This document shows, in pieces, positions 1-10,065 of a stretch of DNA of 64,000 nt (positions are counted from its first letter, which is position 1; each line of letters starts with the position of its first letter). Location of the stretch: positions 32,001 through 96,000 of IMG/VR virus record IMGVR_UViG_3300037851_000102. One strand, 5' to 3'. Made by a program: the position numbers and the translations under genes. This DNA comes from a virus. Below the pieces are notes generated by a model. It did not search any database and had not been told where the DNA came from. It worked only from the letters and a program-made list of their open reading frames with translations.

Positions 1-1
1 C

Positions 2-817
2 ACCTATCGAACAAACTTCGCACAAGGCGCGGCCACAACAGCGGCGACCAATTGGAATTTAAACATCGTTCGAGACAATTTCGCTCGAACAATTTCGACA
101 GATTATGGAATTAGCTATGGAGACGCAACGACGACCATTTCAGGTGATTCGATATCTGTGGGCACATGGGGGACAAGTGCAGGGACAACAAACGAATACA
201 GAATCTACGTTACAGCCACGGACGCTACCACGTTCACGATCTCAGGATCTTCAATCGTTAGTGGGGCAATCGATCTTGCCGATTCGATCAAAGAGATTAT
301 CAGATCGAATCTCCTCATTAAAACAGGAAGAAGCCGATCTCATCTTCCTACACAAGTTTCAGGACAAGAACTTAAAGCAAGAGATACTCTCAGAGATATG
401 CTTACTGAAGCAGAGTGGAGAAGATACGTTACGAATGGATTCATCATGGTCAAAGGAAGAGCAGGATTTACTTCTCCGAAGTTTGGCGTTGGGATCTCTC
501 AAAAGATGTCAGGAAGTTCTCTCTGGTATCAGATCTTCAATGATCGCAGAAGAGTCAAAGTCTTCCAAGACGGCAAAGAGTTCGCGCAAATCTGCATCCA
601 TACGGTAAACGAGTGCCCGCCTTCAGATCACGTTATCAACATGAAGGTTCTCGTTGAGCTTGATGAGGATATGATCTGGCAGGGCGGCAATCCTCACTTC
701 CAAAACGATCTGAGTGCGTCTCTCTCATCTGGCAGTCTTTCGTTTGATTCTGGAGAGGGTTCTCTTTCAGAGCGCGTGAAAAGATTGCGTGAGAATTTTG
801 GGTTGGCGATAGCATGA
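2..817 (+). CDS. hypothetical protein, 5' partial
   Basis: The frame of ORF 158..817 stays open back to position 2, so the gene starts upstream of the window. Its stop overlaps the next start (ATGA). Confidence 0.7.
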   Translation, partial: TYRTNFAQGAATTAATNWNLNIVRDNFARTISTDYGISYGDATTTISGDSISVGTWGTSAGTTNEYRIYVTATDATTFTISGSSIVSGAIDLADSIKEIIRSNLLIKTGRSRSHLPTQVSGQELKARDTLRDMLTEAEWRRYVTNGFIMVKGRAGFTSPKFGVGISQKMSGSSLWYQIFNDRRRVKVFQDGKEFAQICIHTVNECPPSDHVINMKVLVELDEDMIWQGGNPHFQNDLSASLSSGSLSFDSGEGSLSERVKRLRENFGLAIA

Positions 818-1155
818 TGTCAGATGAAATCCATTTGCCGCCAGAGGTTCTCAAAGATTTTGAGGACATGATTGGCAGGGTCACTGCCGACACATACGTT
901 GTCACCAAAATGGATCGTGTTAAATCCAGATTCCCAAAGGCTCTCGGCGAAATTAAAGAGGGCACGGTTCTTTATATGTTGGTCGAAGCCCTTGTGACCG
1001 AGATGGTGGAATCTGAGCGTGAATTTGTTAAAGAATTCGAGAAGTTCATAAAGCCATTGCCACAGAAGTTGGTTGATTCGATCTCGAAGCATCTCAAAGA
1101 AAAATCAGTTGAAGAGAAGGCAGAATTCGTCAAGGCGCTTGAAGCTCTCCGATAA
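814..1155 (+). CDS. hypothetical protein with C-terminal FxxALxxL tag
   Basis: 113 aa ORF, ATGA-coupled, ends EFVKALEALR*. Confidence 0.8.
   Translation: MMSDEIHLPPEVLKDFEDMIGRVTADTYVVTKMDRVKSRFPKALGEIKEGTVLYMLVEALVTEMVESEREFVKEFEKFIKPLPQKLVDSISKHLKEKSVEEKAEFVKALEALR
1130..1155 (+). promoter_or_regulatory. candidate sigma-28-type promoter for the amidase gene
   Basis: TCAAGGCG-N10-TCCGATAA, 30 nt upstream of the ATG; spacer is one base shorter than the TAAAGTTT-N11-GCCGATAA consensus. Confidence 0.45.
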
Positions 1156-1185
1156 GATAGGCTTGAAACCTATTAAGGAGAACAA

Positions 1186-2082
1186 ATGGACAAGCAGAAG
1201 TTATACACCCTGCGCTGGTATGCAATGCAAATTGCACGGGTCTCTCAAGATCCAAAGGTTGATGCCCTCGCATTAGATCAAATCGAAATTCTTTCTCAGC
1301 TTTTGGGCGAACCTGTGCCCGAAGAGTTCGCACCGCCTGAGCCAGATCGACCAAGCAAAGGCGAAGAGCCACAGGAGTCTTCATCAAAAAAGGTCTATCC
1401 AGTTGGTGAGAAAAAATTGTGGTATCCAGAGGCGGTTGTTCGCACAGATATCAAGCGCCAAGCGAAGGGCGAATATCCAAAGGGCTATCCTTATGGAGCC
1501 ATTGTCCACTTCACGGCTGGTCAGTATTCAAAAGGCGTTCAGAATGCGATTGATTCGATCAAGGATTCTCCATATTTCTTTTTGTGCCTTGGGACAGATG
1601 GGAAGATGGTTCAGGCCAATCCTTTGAATCAGTGGGGTTATCACGCTGGAGAGAGCGCGTGGGAGATCGCTGGAGCCAAGCGAAACGGCGTATCCAACTA
1701 TCTTGTTGGAATTGAGATCAACAATCCTGGAAGGCTGACAGAAAAAGACGGGAAGTATTTCACTTATTGGGACACGAAGTTCACCAAGCCAATCGATCCA
1801 AGCGAAGTTCGCGTGATTGAAAAGAACACGGACAACATTTTGGCTGGAGCTTATTTGCCATACACGAAGGCACAGGAAGATTCTCTGATCGAATTCTTGT
1901 TGTGGGCGAAGGCGAACAATCCAAGTGTTTTCAGTTTCGATTATGTTCTTGGTCACGATGAAGTGGCAGGCCCGAAAGGTATCGGTCGCTGGAGAAAGAA
2001 CGATCCAGGCGGCGCACTCAGCATGACGATGACGGAATTTAGGCAGCTTTTGAAAGATGAATACAAAAAAAGATACGGATAA
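1186..2082 (+). CDS. N-acetylmuramoyl-L-alanine amidase (Amidase_2 type), probable endolysin
   Basis: Motifs IVHFTAG, YHAG, GIEINNPG, LGHDEV, KNDPG; AAGGAG ribosome-binding site. Confidence 0.88.
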   Translation: MDKQKLYTLRWYAMQIARVSQDPKVDALALDQIEILSQLLGEPVPEEFAPPEPDRPSKGEEPQESSSKKVYPVGEKKLWYPEAVVRTDIKRQAKGEYPKGYPYGAIVHFTAGQYSKGVQNAIDSIKDSPYFFLCLGTDGKMVQANPLNQWGYHAGESAWEIAGAKRNGVSNYLVGIEINNPGRLTEKDGKYFTYWDTKFTKPIDPSEVRVIEKNTDNILAGAYLPYTKAQEDSLIEFLLWAKANNPSVFSFDYVLGHDEVAGPKGIGRWRKNDPGGALSMTMTEFRQLLKDEYKKRYG

Positions 2083-2100
2083 TTCACTTTTTTTGGCTTC

Positions 2101-2136
2101 GCTGACATTTGTGTTGCGTCAATTCGTATAATCTAA
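2101..2136 (+). promoter_or_regulatory. 36 bp promoter element, copy 1 (sigma70-like, probably leaderless)
   Basis: GCTGACATTTGTGTTGCGTCAATTCGTATAATCTAA, identical at 6612..6647; TATAAT lies 6 nt before the ATG at 2139; no Shine-Dalgarno sequence. Confidence 0.75.
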
Positions 2137-2138
2137 GT

Positions 2139-2741
2139 ATGTGGATAGTAGTTTGTGGCCCGACTGGTTCGGGCAAGCATTTTGTGGTTGAGGCTCTTCA
2201 GAAGGAAGGATACGAGTTCTTAAATGAGCCCGTTGTCCCCGATCCTGCGGAGCCTCTTGAAACCGAAATCAAGTTCATGCTCAGTCGAGCAAAAACCCAA
2301 ATACAGGCATCAAAAGTTCGCAATCGCAAAGATGTGATTACAATGCGGACTTTCTTTGAATCGCGGGACATTTACATTCCACGATCTCATGAGTTGACCT
2401 ATCTGAACGAAAAAGACATGAAGCTCTTGAATCTCATGTCTGGAGTTTTTGCTGACGATGTTTTCGATCCACCGCACGTTCTAATCACGATGAAGACTCC
2501 AATGTGGAGCGCACTTGATCGTGCAAAGCTGCGTGGAATTCCGTTGAGCGATCAAGAATTCAAATATCAAGAAGCCGCATACAACAAGTGGCTTGAGAAT
2601 GTGAGAGTTCCAATCGTCGAGATCGACGCTTCAAAACGCGCAGATCTTATTCTTAAAGATATTGAATTTAACATTGCATCCATCAAAGCCGCAGAGCTTG
2701 GCGGAAGCTCTGTTTGGCAAAAAACATTTTTCAGGGGTTAA
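2139..2741 (+). CDS. P-loop deoxynucleoside/nucleotide kinase-like protein
   Basis: N-terminal Walker A motif GPTGSGKH, lid-like RAKLRG, about 200 aa. Confidence 0.7.
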   Translation: MWIVVCGPTGSGKHFVVEALQKEGYEFLNEPVVPDPAEPLETEIKFMLSRAKTQIQASKVRNRKDVITMRTFFESRDIYIPRSHELTYLNEKDMKLLNLMSGVFADDVFDPPHVLITMKTPMWSALDRAKLRGIPLSDQEFKYQEAAYNKWLENVRVPIVEIDASKRADLILKDIEFNIASIKAAELGGSSVWQKTFFRG

Positions 2742-2744
2742 TAT

Positions 2745-3005
2745 ATGTTTGGTTTTGCATGGAACACCAAGAAGGTGAAAACGATTGTCTCCTCTCCAGA
2801 GGGGCGAGTTCAAGTTGAAGTCACGGCTGGCGACGTTGTTCGTACTCCAAATCGGCATCAAATAGAAACAATCATCTCTTCACTCTGTACTTGTGTTTCA
2901 GAGCTTATGAGCATTCAAGAAGCGCAAGCAAAGAGGATCGCAGATCTTCAGGGGCAGCTTGCGAAAAAAGAAGAGGGGACAACGAATGAGGCAGTACAAA
3001 TTTAG
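2745..3005 (+). CDS. hypothetical protein
   Basis: 86 aa ORF in a tightly packed operon. Confidence 0.65.
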   Translation: MFGFAWNTKKVKTIVSSPEGRVQVEVTAGDVVRTPNRHQIETIISSLCTCVSELMSIQEAQAKRIADLQGQLAKKEEGTTNEAVQI

Positions 3006-3213
3006 ATTCGATTATTCGAGAAAAATCAGCGATGAGCTAATCATCAAGGCAGAGAACGAAGATCAGGCGTGGGACAATTTTAAAATTCTCACAGAGAAGA
3101 CTCATCCAAATCATCATTTCACAATTGAAGTTGAAGACGTGGAAGATCTTGGTGAAATCGTTGAGCCAGATCCAAATCAATTGACGTTTGATTTCATACA
3201 GGCGGCACAATGA
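2986..3213 (+). CDS. hypothetical protein
   Basis: ATG at 2986 after GAGGGG; ATGA-coupled to the next gene. Confidence 0.65.
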   Translation: MRQYKFRFDYSRKISDELIIKAENEDQAWDNFKILTEKTHPNHHFTIEVEDVEDLGEIVEPDPNQLTFDFIQAAQ

Positions 3214-3407
3214 AGGACTGCTCGAATTGCGGAGAAGAAATTCCAGAGAAGCGCGTGAAGGCAATGCCCAACACGGAGCTTTGTGTTTTCTGCCAAGAGA
3301 AACTTGAGAAGGCTGGCAAATTTCAAAGACACGTTATGGATGTTCAGCCAGTTATGAAGGCGGGAGAAGTCGATGAAATAAATTCGACAATAGTGAGGGC
3401 AAATTGA
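3210..3407 (+). CDS. DksA/TraR C4-type zinc finger protein
   Basis: CSNCGEEIPEKRVKAMPNTELCVFCQEKLE matches the family pattern. Confidence 0.85.
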   Translation: MKDCSNCGEEIPEKRVKAMPNTELCVFCQEKLEKAGKFQRHVMDVQPVMKAGEVDEINSTIVRAN

Positions 3408-6400
3408 AATTTACACATCTGCACAGTCACACAGAGGCATCCATCGCAGACGGCTTATTCGGCCCGAAGGCGTGGGTTGGCGCTCTCAAAGATAAAGGAT
3501 TCAAATCACACGCGATCACAGATCATGGAGTGATGACTTCTTTGCTTCCATTTTATTCTCTCATGAAGCAAGAGAAGATGATGCCAATTCTCGGCGTGGA
3601 ATTCTATTACAATGAAGATCCAACGAAGAAGGATAAAGACAACAGAAAGAATTCGCATCTGATTCTGCTTGCGAAAGATTATGATGGTTATCAAAATCTC
3701 TGCAAATTATCGAAGCTCTCTTTCACAGAGGGTTATTACTACAAAAACAGAATTGGACTTGAGTGGCTGAAGCAATACAAGGATGGACTCATCTGTTTAA
3801 CGGCTTGTATGGGCGGAGTTCTTTCGCAGGAAGTTTGGAAGGAGTCTCGCGGAGAAGATTCGGATCTTGAAGGAAGATTCGATCAGTTCTCAGAAATCTT
3901 TGGCGACGATTTTTACGTCGAATTCCAAGGCCACAATGTTATTTCAAGCCTTCCAAGCGGAGAGTTATTCAATTCGCAGGCGCTAATCAATCAGGAATTT
4001 TACGATAGGCTTCGTACACGCAAGGGCTTCAAGCAAGTTGTCACCAACGATTGCCATTATATTTTGCCCGAACACGCCATGATCCAAGCAACACTTAAAG
4101 ATATGTCTTGGAAGGGCGGAGCGAAAGATGGCGCTGGAGACTCTGCAACAGTATCAAAAGAATCGAAGTGTGATTCTCTTTGGCTCAAAAAGCCAATCGA
4201 TATTGCGAAATCATTCAAGGAGCATCACGAATATCTGCCAATGAAGTTCGTTGCGGATGGAATGCTTGCGACTCAAGAAATACTTGAGAAGTGTTCAAAG
4301 TTCGCGCTCCCAACAGGCAAGCGGTATCTTCCAACTTTTAAAAAAGACAAGCCATCGAAAGATCTTTTCAAATTGCTGGCAACAAAGAAGCTGAAATCAT
4401 TTTTAGATTCTGAAGATCTTCGCGCCACTCGAAAAGAGTACATCTCTCGCTTCAAAGAAGAGTACAGGGTTATATCCACTTATGGTCTTGAAGATTATTT
4501 CTTGATCGTGTGGGACATCGTTCGTTACGCGGAGACCAAGGGAATCTATGTGGGACTTGGCCGTGGCTCTGCGGCTGGATGCTTGATCTCGTATCTTCTT
4601 GGAATCGTAAAGATCGATCCACTTGAATATGGATTATTGTTCGAGCGTTTCTTGAATGAGAATCGATGCGTGTCTGGAGAGCTTCCAGATATTGACTTGG
4701 ACTTTGAATCTGATCGACGTGGCGAAATCAAAAAGTACATCTTTGAAAAGTACGGTTCAGATTACGTTTGCGAAATTGGAACTTATGGTCGCATGAAGCT
4801 CAAAACATCTTTGATCGACTTTGGTAAAGCACTTGGCGTGGCAACGCAGAAGGAGCTTCATGCGATCACCACAAATCTCGATCTCGACAAGGAAGATGTT
4901 GACGATCTCGATGCGGCCATTGAATCCGATCCAAGATTGAAGAAGCTGGTTGATTCCAGCGAAGAGTATGGATTTATTGTTCGCGAAATCATTGGACAGA
5001 TCAAATCTCAAGGAGTTCATCCTGCGGGACTTGTAATTTGCTCTGAGAAGATTGCAGACATTACGCCAGTAAAAACACAGAAGAAAACTTTAAAGACCGA
5101 AGAGCGTGTGGATGGTGAGCCGAAGGACAAGCGAATCATCACAACGCAATCAGAAGACAAGTACATTATCGCCAATGGCATGATGAAGATGGATATCTTG
5201 GGTCTTAAAGAATACGACGTTATCAAATATGTGATTGAGAACGCTGGCACTCCTTTCACATTTGAAAACTACAAACAAGAGATCCAAAAACAAGAAAGAA
5301 TTAAGCCAAACAAAAAGGTTTGGCAAATGTTCCAAAAAGGTAAAACAGAAGGCGTGTTTCAGTTCGCATCTGACGGCATGAAGGAGCTTCTCATTCAGAT
5401 GAGACCTGATTCAATCAATGATTTAATCGCGGCGAATGCTCTCTTCCGTCCTGGCTGTCTTGAGAACGGCTGGCACACGCAGTATTGCAGGAGAAAGCAT
5501 GGAGAAGAAGAAGTCGAATATGTTCACCCAGATGTTGAGGCAGCGTTGGGAGAAACTTATGGTGTCATTGTTTATCAAGAACAGTTCATGGCGGTCATTC
5601 ATAGATTGGGTGGAATCAGTCTCGTCGATTCGGATACGATACGTTCCGCACTCGGCAAGAAGGACAAGGCAAAGCTGGACAAGTTCAGAGAGCAATTCGT
5701 TAAAGGTGCCAGTGAAAGAATTGGTACAAGCGCAGCGGAAGGATTATGGTCACAGATCGAGAAGGCGGCAGGATATACGTTCAACAAATCGCACTCAGCG
5801 GCCTACTCAGTCCTCGCATACACATCACAGTATTTAAAGGTTCATTACCCTGCGCACTTTTGGGCAGCACAGCTTGATTGGGACATCCGCAAGGGCAAGA
5901 CCGACGATATGCTCGTCAACAGGCGGGCAGCTTCAGAAATGGGGATAGCTTTTGTCCTGCCCAACGTGAACCGATCCAAAACCAACTTCTACGTCGAAGA
6001 TAAGGATGTTGTTTGGCCGATCAGCGCGGTCAAAGGTTGTGGCCCGAAAGCGGCGGAAGAGATCGTTGCAAAACAGCCATTCACAAGTTTTGAGGACTTC
6101 CATAAGCGGATAAACAAGGCCAAGGTGAAAGTGAATGTTATTGAGGCTTTGATCTGCTCTGGAGCGATGGACGAGTTTGGCGACCGCAAAGACCTGCTTA
6201 AACAGCTATCAGATCACGGCAAGAAGCGTTTCAAACCATTAACAGACGACGACATCGTTCAGCGGTTCTTTGATTCAATGGGCTTCTTTGAGCGCAAAAT
6301 CAAGGACGTTCGAGAAACTTTCAGCGATGTTTGCATCACTGAAGCAGAATTGCGTGAATATGAGCCTGGAGAACACGTCAGGGTCGGCGGCATGATCGTG

Positions 6401-6616
6401 AACGTCAGAGCCACAAAAACCAAGCGCGGCGATGCGATGGGGTTTGCGACTCTTATGGATCTCGATGAAATGATCGATCTTACTTTCTTCCCTGAAACAT
6501 GGGCAGAAAACAGAGAATTGATACGAGATGGCTCAATCGTTGAGGTTGGCGGCAGAAAATCATCATGGGGGAACAAAGAAAATGCGATTGAAGTCGAAAA
6601 AATTCACTCATGCTGA
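3404..6616 (+). CDS. dnaE: DNA polymerase III alpha subunit (family C)
   Basis: PHP domain motifs HLHSHT and AITDHG; GRGSAAG; PDIDLDF; KMDILGL; FNKSHS; C-terminal OB fold; 1070 aa. Confidence 0.97.
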   Translation: MKFTHLHSHTEASIADGLFGPKAWVGALKDKGFKSHAITDHGVMTSLLPFYSLMKQEKMMPILGVEFYYNEDPTKKDKDNRKNSHLILLAKDYDGYQNLCKLSKLSFTEGYYYKNRIGLEWLKQYKDGLICLTACMGGVLSQEVWKESRGEDSDLEGRFDQFSEIFGDDFYVEFQGHNVISSLPSGELFNSQALINQEFYDRLRTRKGFKQVVTNDCHYILPEHAMIQATLKDMSWKGGAKDGAGDSATVSKESKCDSLWLKKPIDIAKSFKEHHEYLPMKFVADGMLATQEILEKCSKFALPTGKRYLPTFKKDKPSKDLFKLLATKKLKSFLDSEDLRATRKEYISRFKEEYRVISTYGLEDYFLIVWDIVRYAETKGIYVGLGRGSAAGCLISYLLGIVKIDPLEYGLLFERFLNENRCVSGELPDIDLDFESDRRGEIKKYIFEKYGSDYVCEIGTYGRMKLKTSLIDFGKALGVATQKELHAITTNLDLDKEDVDDLDAAIESDPRLKKLVDSSEEYGFIVREIIGQIKSQGVHPAGLVICSEKIADITPVKTQKKTLKTEERVDGEPKDKRIITTQSEDKYIIANGMMKMDILGLKEYDVIKYVIENAGTPFTFENYKQEIQKQERIKPNKKVWQMFQKGKTEGVFQFASDGMKELLIQMRPDSINDLIAANALFRPGCLENGWHTQYCRRKHGEEEVEYVHPDVEAALGETYGVIVYQEQFMAVIHRLGGISLVDSDTIRSALGKKDKAKLDKFREQFVKGASERIGTSAAEGLWSQIEKAAGYTFNKSHSAAYSVLAYTSQYLKVHYPAHFWAAQLDWDIRKGKTDDMLVNRRAASEMGIAFVLPNVNRSKTNFYVEDKDVVWPISAVKGCGPKAAEEIVAKQPFTSFEDFHKRINKAKVKVNVIEALICSGAMDEFGDRKDLLKQLSDHGKKRFKPLTDDDIVQRFFDSMGFFERKIKDVRETFSDVCITEAELREYEPGEHVRVGGMIVNVRATKTKRGDAMGFATLMDLDEMIDLTFFPETWAENRELIRDGSIVEVGGRKSSWGNKENAIEVEKIHSC
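5981..5999 (+). repeat. dispersed near-palindromic motif (parS-like)
   Basis: ACCAACTTCTACGTCGAAG, identical at 59637..59655. Confidence 0.6.
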
Positions 6617-6647
6617 CATTTGTGTTGCGTCAATTCGTATAATCTAA
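6612..6647 (+). promoter_or_regulatory. 36 bp promoter element, copy 2
   Basis: Identical to 2101..2136; TATAAT lies 6 nt before the ATG at 6650. Confidence 0.75.
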
Positions 6648-6649
6648 AT

Positions 6650-7084
6650 ATGAGCAGAGATTTAGTTTACGAAGTGAAGGGGCTCCTTCCAGAAAGCGTT
6701 GTTGTCTCGATCCAGAAAGATCTTCGGATATCTGAAGACCTTGATACTGAAGTTGATCGGGCGGCATCACACTATGGCTTTTATGCCGTGCTATCTGAAA
6801 AGGCAGAGACTCGCTATCAAAAGATGAAGTTCGCGTTTGAGCAATGGAAGGCTGAGATTGAATCTCGGCAGATCATGTTGCGAGCGCGTGAAAACAAAAA
6901 GGCGTTCACAGAGGCTCAAATGCGAGCCCACGTTCAATCACAACCAAAGTATCGAGCATATCAGGTGAGACTTATTCAGTACGATGAGCATCGTCGTATT
7001 TTGAAGATCATTGCCCGTGCGTTCGAGCTTAAAAAAGACCTCGTACAAACAAAAGCCGCGAATCGGCGGAAGGAGACACGATGA
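6650..7084 (+). CDS. UvsY-like recombination mediator
   Basis: Helical protein of about 144 aa (FTEAQMRAHV, ARAFELKKD) located upstream of the SSB and RecA genes. Confidence 0.55.
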   Translation: MSRDLVYEVKGLLPESVVVSIQKDLRISEDLDTEVDRAASHYGFYAVLSEKAETRYQKMKFAFEQWKAEIESRQIMLRARENKKAFTEAQMRAHVQSQPKYRAYQVRLIQYDEHRRILKIIARAFELKKDLVQTKAANRRKETR

Positions 7085-7917
7085 GCAAAGAAGTGGAGAA
7101 GGTAAAAAAGAAAGCGGTGGATGATGCCCATTCGCTGATTGACGAAGCTCGAAAGTGCTTTGGCAATATGCAGAGATCATGGTGGGAGTTCGCAAAGTCG
7201 ATCCATCGAATCAGAAAGGAAGATGCGTGGAGCAAGGATTCTCTTGGCAAAGAGGACGGCTTCGATTCTTTCAAAGACTTCTGCTCGGCTGAATACCCTT
7301 CTGTTGACGTGAACACTATTTACAAATTCTGCGCGGTTGTTGATGAGTGGCACGATGTTTTGGAATCGAGAATCAAAAAAGATCCAGAGTTCAGACTTCC
7401 AGCGTATGAGGCTTGTTATCGCCTTGTGACTGCGAAAACAGAGGTTGCAAAGGAAGAGATCTCTCGACTTCGCAAGTCTTTGATGGATGCAAAAATTAGC
7501 TATCGTGGCCTGAAAGATCAGCTTCAGACGTTGATCGTAAAAACGAAGCGCGATTCTGCAAAGACAGTGGAAGAGGCGGAAGAAACCGTTCGCCAGCTTG
7601 AAGAGGATCTCGCAAAGGATTTGAGCGACGACGAAATGAACTTTGATGATTCGTTGTTCGATTCTGAAGTGGAAGAGGATGCTGACGCTGAAGAGCCAGA
7701 CTTCGATGATGAAGAGCTTGAAGAAGATGCGGACTCATCTGCGGCATCTTGCAAGGCAAGAGTTGAATACTTGCTTGAGAATCTTCCCATCGTTGAGCTT
7801 TCAATGAAGAAGGGCAAGATCCACAACGATATCGTTGAACTAATGACTTCGCTCGAAAAACTCGGCGACGTTGCAAACAATTTCATGAACAAATTTGAAG
7901 AAATTAACAAAAAATAA
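7081..7917 (+). CDS. hypothetical protein
   Basis: 278 aa ORF with an acidic linker. Confidence 0.8.
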   Translation: MSKEVEKVKKKAVDDAHSLIDEARKCFGNMQRSWWEFAKSIHRIRKEDAWSKDSLGKEDGFDSFKDFCSAEYPSVDVNTIYKFCAVVDEWHDVLESRIKKDPEFRLPAYEACYRLVTAKTEVAKEEISRLRKSLMDAKISYRGLKDQLQTLIVKTKRDSAKTVEEAEETVRQLEEDLAKDLSDDEMNFDDSLFDSEVEEDADAEEPDFDDEELEEDADSSAASCKARVEYLLENLPIVELSMKKGKIHNDIVELMTSLEKLGDVANNFMNKFEEINKK

Positions 7918-7926
7918 GGAGACACA

Positions 7927-8880
7927 ATGAGTAAGCTAATTGAAAAAATGAAAAAAGAGGCCGAGCGTTTAAAGAAGAAAGAAGCCGAGCGCGGTGAGTA
8001 CGGCCCAAAGGTTGAATGGTATCAACCACAGGTCGGCGAACACATGATTCGTATTCTGCCAAATTTAAAAAACGACGAAGAACTTCCTTACAAACAGGTT
8101 CGAGTTCACTTCATCAATGTGAAAAAGAAAGATGGATCTTTCGCTAAAATTCCAGTTCGTTGTCTTGAGGATTTTGAAGAACAGTGTCCTCTTTGTCAGG
8201 AACATGAGAAGTTGAGAAAGACTGACAATGAAGCCGCCAAAGATCTTCGCGCAACAGAGAGATACATTTATATGATTATCGATTACGCGACGAAGACAGT
8301 TAAGCCTTGGCAGGCTGGAATCAGAGTTCATACAAGTATCGTTGAGTTCTTTGGAGACCTGGCAGACACGGCATTAAAGCGTGATTGGAAGCTGACAAAG
8401 AAGCAAAATGGCAAATCTAAAATGGCGATTGATTACACGATCCGTCCATCAATGAAAGAGACAGACATTCCTGCAAAACTTGAGGCTCTCGTTGAAGAAG
8501 CGGTGGACATCGACACGCTTTTCGCAACAAACGAAAAGAAGAAGATGCTTGAGTTCTTGGGTGCGGATGTGGACGAAGATACTGACGTGGATCACGACGA
8601 AGAAGATGATCGCGCAGCAAAAGCTAAAGCGGCAGCGGCAAAGGCCAAGGCAGCAAAAGCTAAAGCGGCAGCGGTTGAAGAAGACGAAGACGATGATCGT
8701 TCAGGTGGATTTGAAGACGAAGAAGATCACTTCCCTGAAGACAAGCCAGCAAAAAAGGCGGCAGCAAAGCCAGCGGCGAAGCCAGTAAAAAAGAAAGTCG
8801 AAGAAGAAGATGAAGATCTTGATATCGACGCTGAGGACGAAGATCTCGAAGAAGAGCTTCGATCACTTGGAGTTGAATGA
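7927..8880 (+). CDS. gp32-like single-stranded DNA-binding protein
   Basis: IRILP, C...CPLC zinc site, long acidic and Lys/Ala-rich tail; recombination gene context. Confidence 0.75.
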   Translation: MSKLIEKMKKEAERLKKKEAERGEYGPKVEWYQPQVGEHMIRILPNLKNDEELPYKQVRVHFINVKKKDGSFAKIPVRCLEDFEEQCPLCQEHEKLRKTDNEAAKDLRATERYIYMIIDYATKTVKPWQAGIRVHTSIVEFFGDLADTALKRDWKLTKKQNGKSKMAIDYTIRPSMKETDIPAKLEALVEEAVDIDTLFATNEKKKMLEFLGADVDEDTDVDHDEEDDRAAKAKAAAAKAKAAKAKAAAVEEDEDDDRSGGFEDEEDHFPEDKPAKKAAAKPAAKPVKKKVEEEDEDLDIDAEDEDLEEELRSLGVE

Positions 8881-9089
8881 TGCCAGAATTAGATAGAGTA
8901 AATTACAGTTTTGGTCACAAGGTAAATCTTGGGAATTATGAATCAGCCGACTTTCACATTAGCTATTCGAGCGATGTTAAGGAAGACGAAACGCCTGAAG
9001 AAGCACTTGAACGAGTTCGCAAATTCGTTGAAGGACAGGCAGAGGAGAAATTAGATGAGCTTAGATCGGTCGCAAAAGCAGGAAGGTAA
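8877..9089 (+). CDS. small phage hypothetical protein
   Basis: 70 aa; KVNLGNYES motif. Confidence 0.7.
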   Translation: MMPELDRVNYSFGHKVNLGNYESADFHISYSSDVKEDETPEEALERVRKFVEGQAEEKLDELRSVAKAGR

Positions 9090-10065
9090 AAAGCGTTTTG
9101 GCAAGAAGGCTCCACCAAAAGTGGAGCCCGAAGTTATCGACGCTTCAGAGGATATTGATGATGGATTCTTTGATAGGTTTATCGAAACAGCGAAGGGCTC
9201 TGGAGACAAATCGTTCATCGTCCCAATCGACGAAAACGAGCCGTTATTGCAAGTGCAGCGTTATGTCCCGATGCCAACACCTATCGCCGAAGTTATCGGC
9301 GCACCTGGAATTCCGTGCGGCCTCATCACAGAGGTTTACGGACATCCAGATTCAGGGAAGACGACATTCTGTAACGAGATCCTCAAGAACACGCAAACAA
9401 TTGGCGGGATACCGATTCTGCTTTTGACGGAGCTAAAATACGATCTTCCACGCGCTCAGGATATGGGCTTAAACGTGAAGCGTATGATGATTCGTCGGCC
9501 AAAAACTATCGAAGATGTTCGCGCACAATTGCACGACATTATTACTCTGATCCAAAAAACAAAGGGTCAGGATAAGCCTGTGACAATCGTGTGGGACTCG
9601 ATGGCGGCTACACCTTGCGAGAAAGAGCTTAACGAAAAACGCGGTGACTTCGCAGCGGACAACGCTGCGGCGCTGACGGTTTTGTTGAGAAAGACTCAGG
9701 CAATGATCCGCGATTACAGCATCGCATTTGTGATGATTAACCAGATCAGCACGAAGATCGGCGTATCGTTTGGCAAGAAGACGCAGGCTAAAGGCGGATT
9801 CGCACCAAAGTTTTATTCTGCTTTGAGAATCGAATTTCAAAAAGTTGGAAGGCTTCGTGCAGCTACCGATGCAAAAGACTCTGATTTCAGTGCGATAAAA
9901 ACAGTGATGGAAGTTGAGAAAAATCATCTTGGAACTCCATTTAAAACTGGAGAGTTCGCGATTGATTATAAGGGGTTTGTCTTCGACAGACAGGTGGAGA
10001 GAAAAGGTGGAAGTAAGAAAGTACATTCAACAAAGAAAAGCCGAGATACTGAAGAGGGCGAATGA
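9055..10065 (+). CDS. recA: RecA/UvsX-like recombinase
   Basis: GIPCGLITEVYGHPDSGKTT Walker A, IVWDS Walker B, INQI, GG..PKFYS..RI, EKN. Confidence 0.9.
   Translation: MSLDRSQKQEGKKRFGKKAPPKVEPEVIDASEDIDDGFFDRFIETAKGSGDKSFIVPIDENEPLLQVQRYVPMPTPIAEVIGAPGIPCGLITEVYGHPDSGKTTFCNEILKNTQTIGGIPILLLTELKYDLPRAQDMGLNVKRMMIRRPKTIEDVRAQLHDIITLIQKTKGQDKPVTIVWDSMAATPCEKELNEKRGDFAADNAAALTVLLRKTQAMIRDYSIAFVMINQISTKIGVSFGKKTQAKGGFAPKFYSALRIEFQKVGRLRAATDAKDSDFSAIKTVMEVEKNHLGTPFKTGEFAIDYKGFVFDRQVERKGGSKKVHSTKKSRDTEEGE

Noticed and set aside
2109-2138. Shared N-terminal peptide MCCVNSYNL in ORFs 2109 and 6620
   Set aside because: An artefact of translating the duplicated promoter from a TTG; the true starts are the ATGs at 2139 and 6650.
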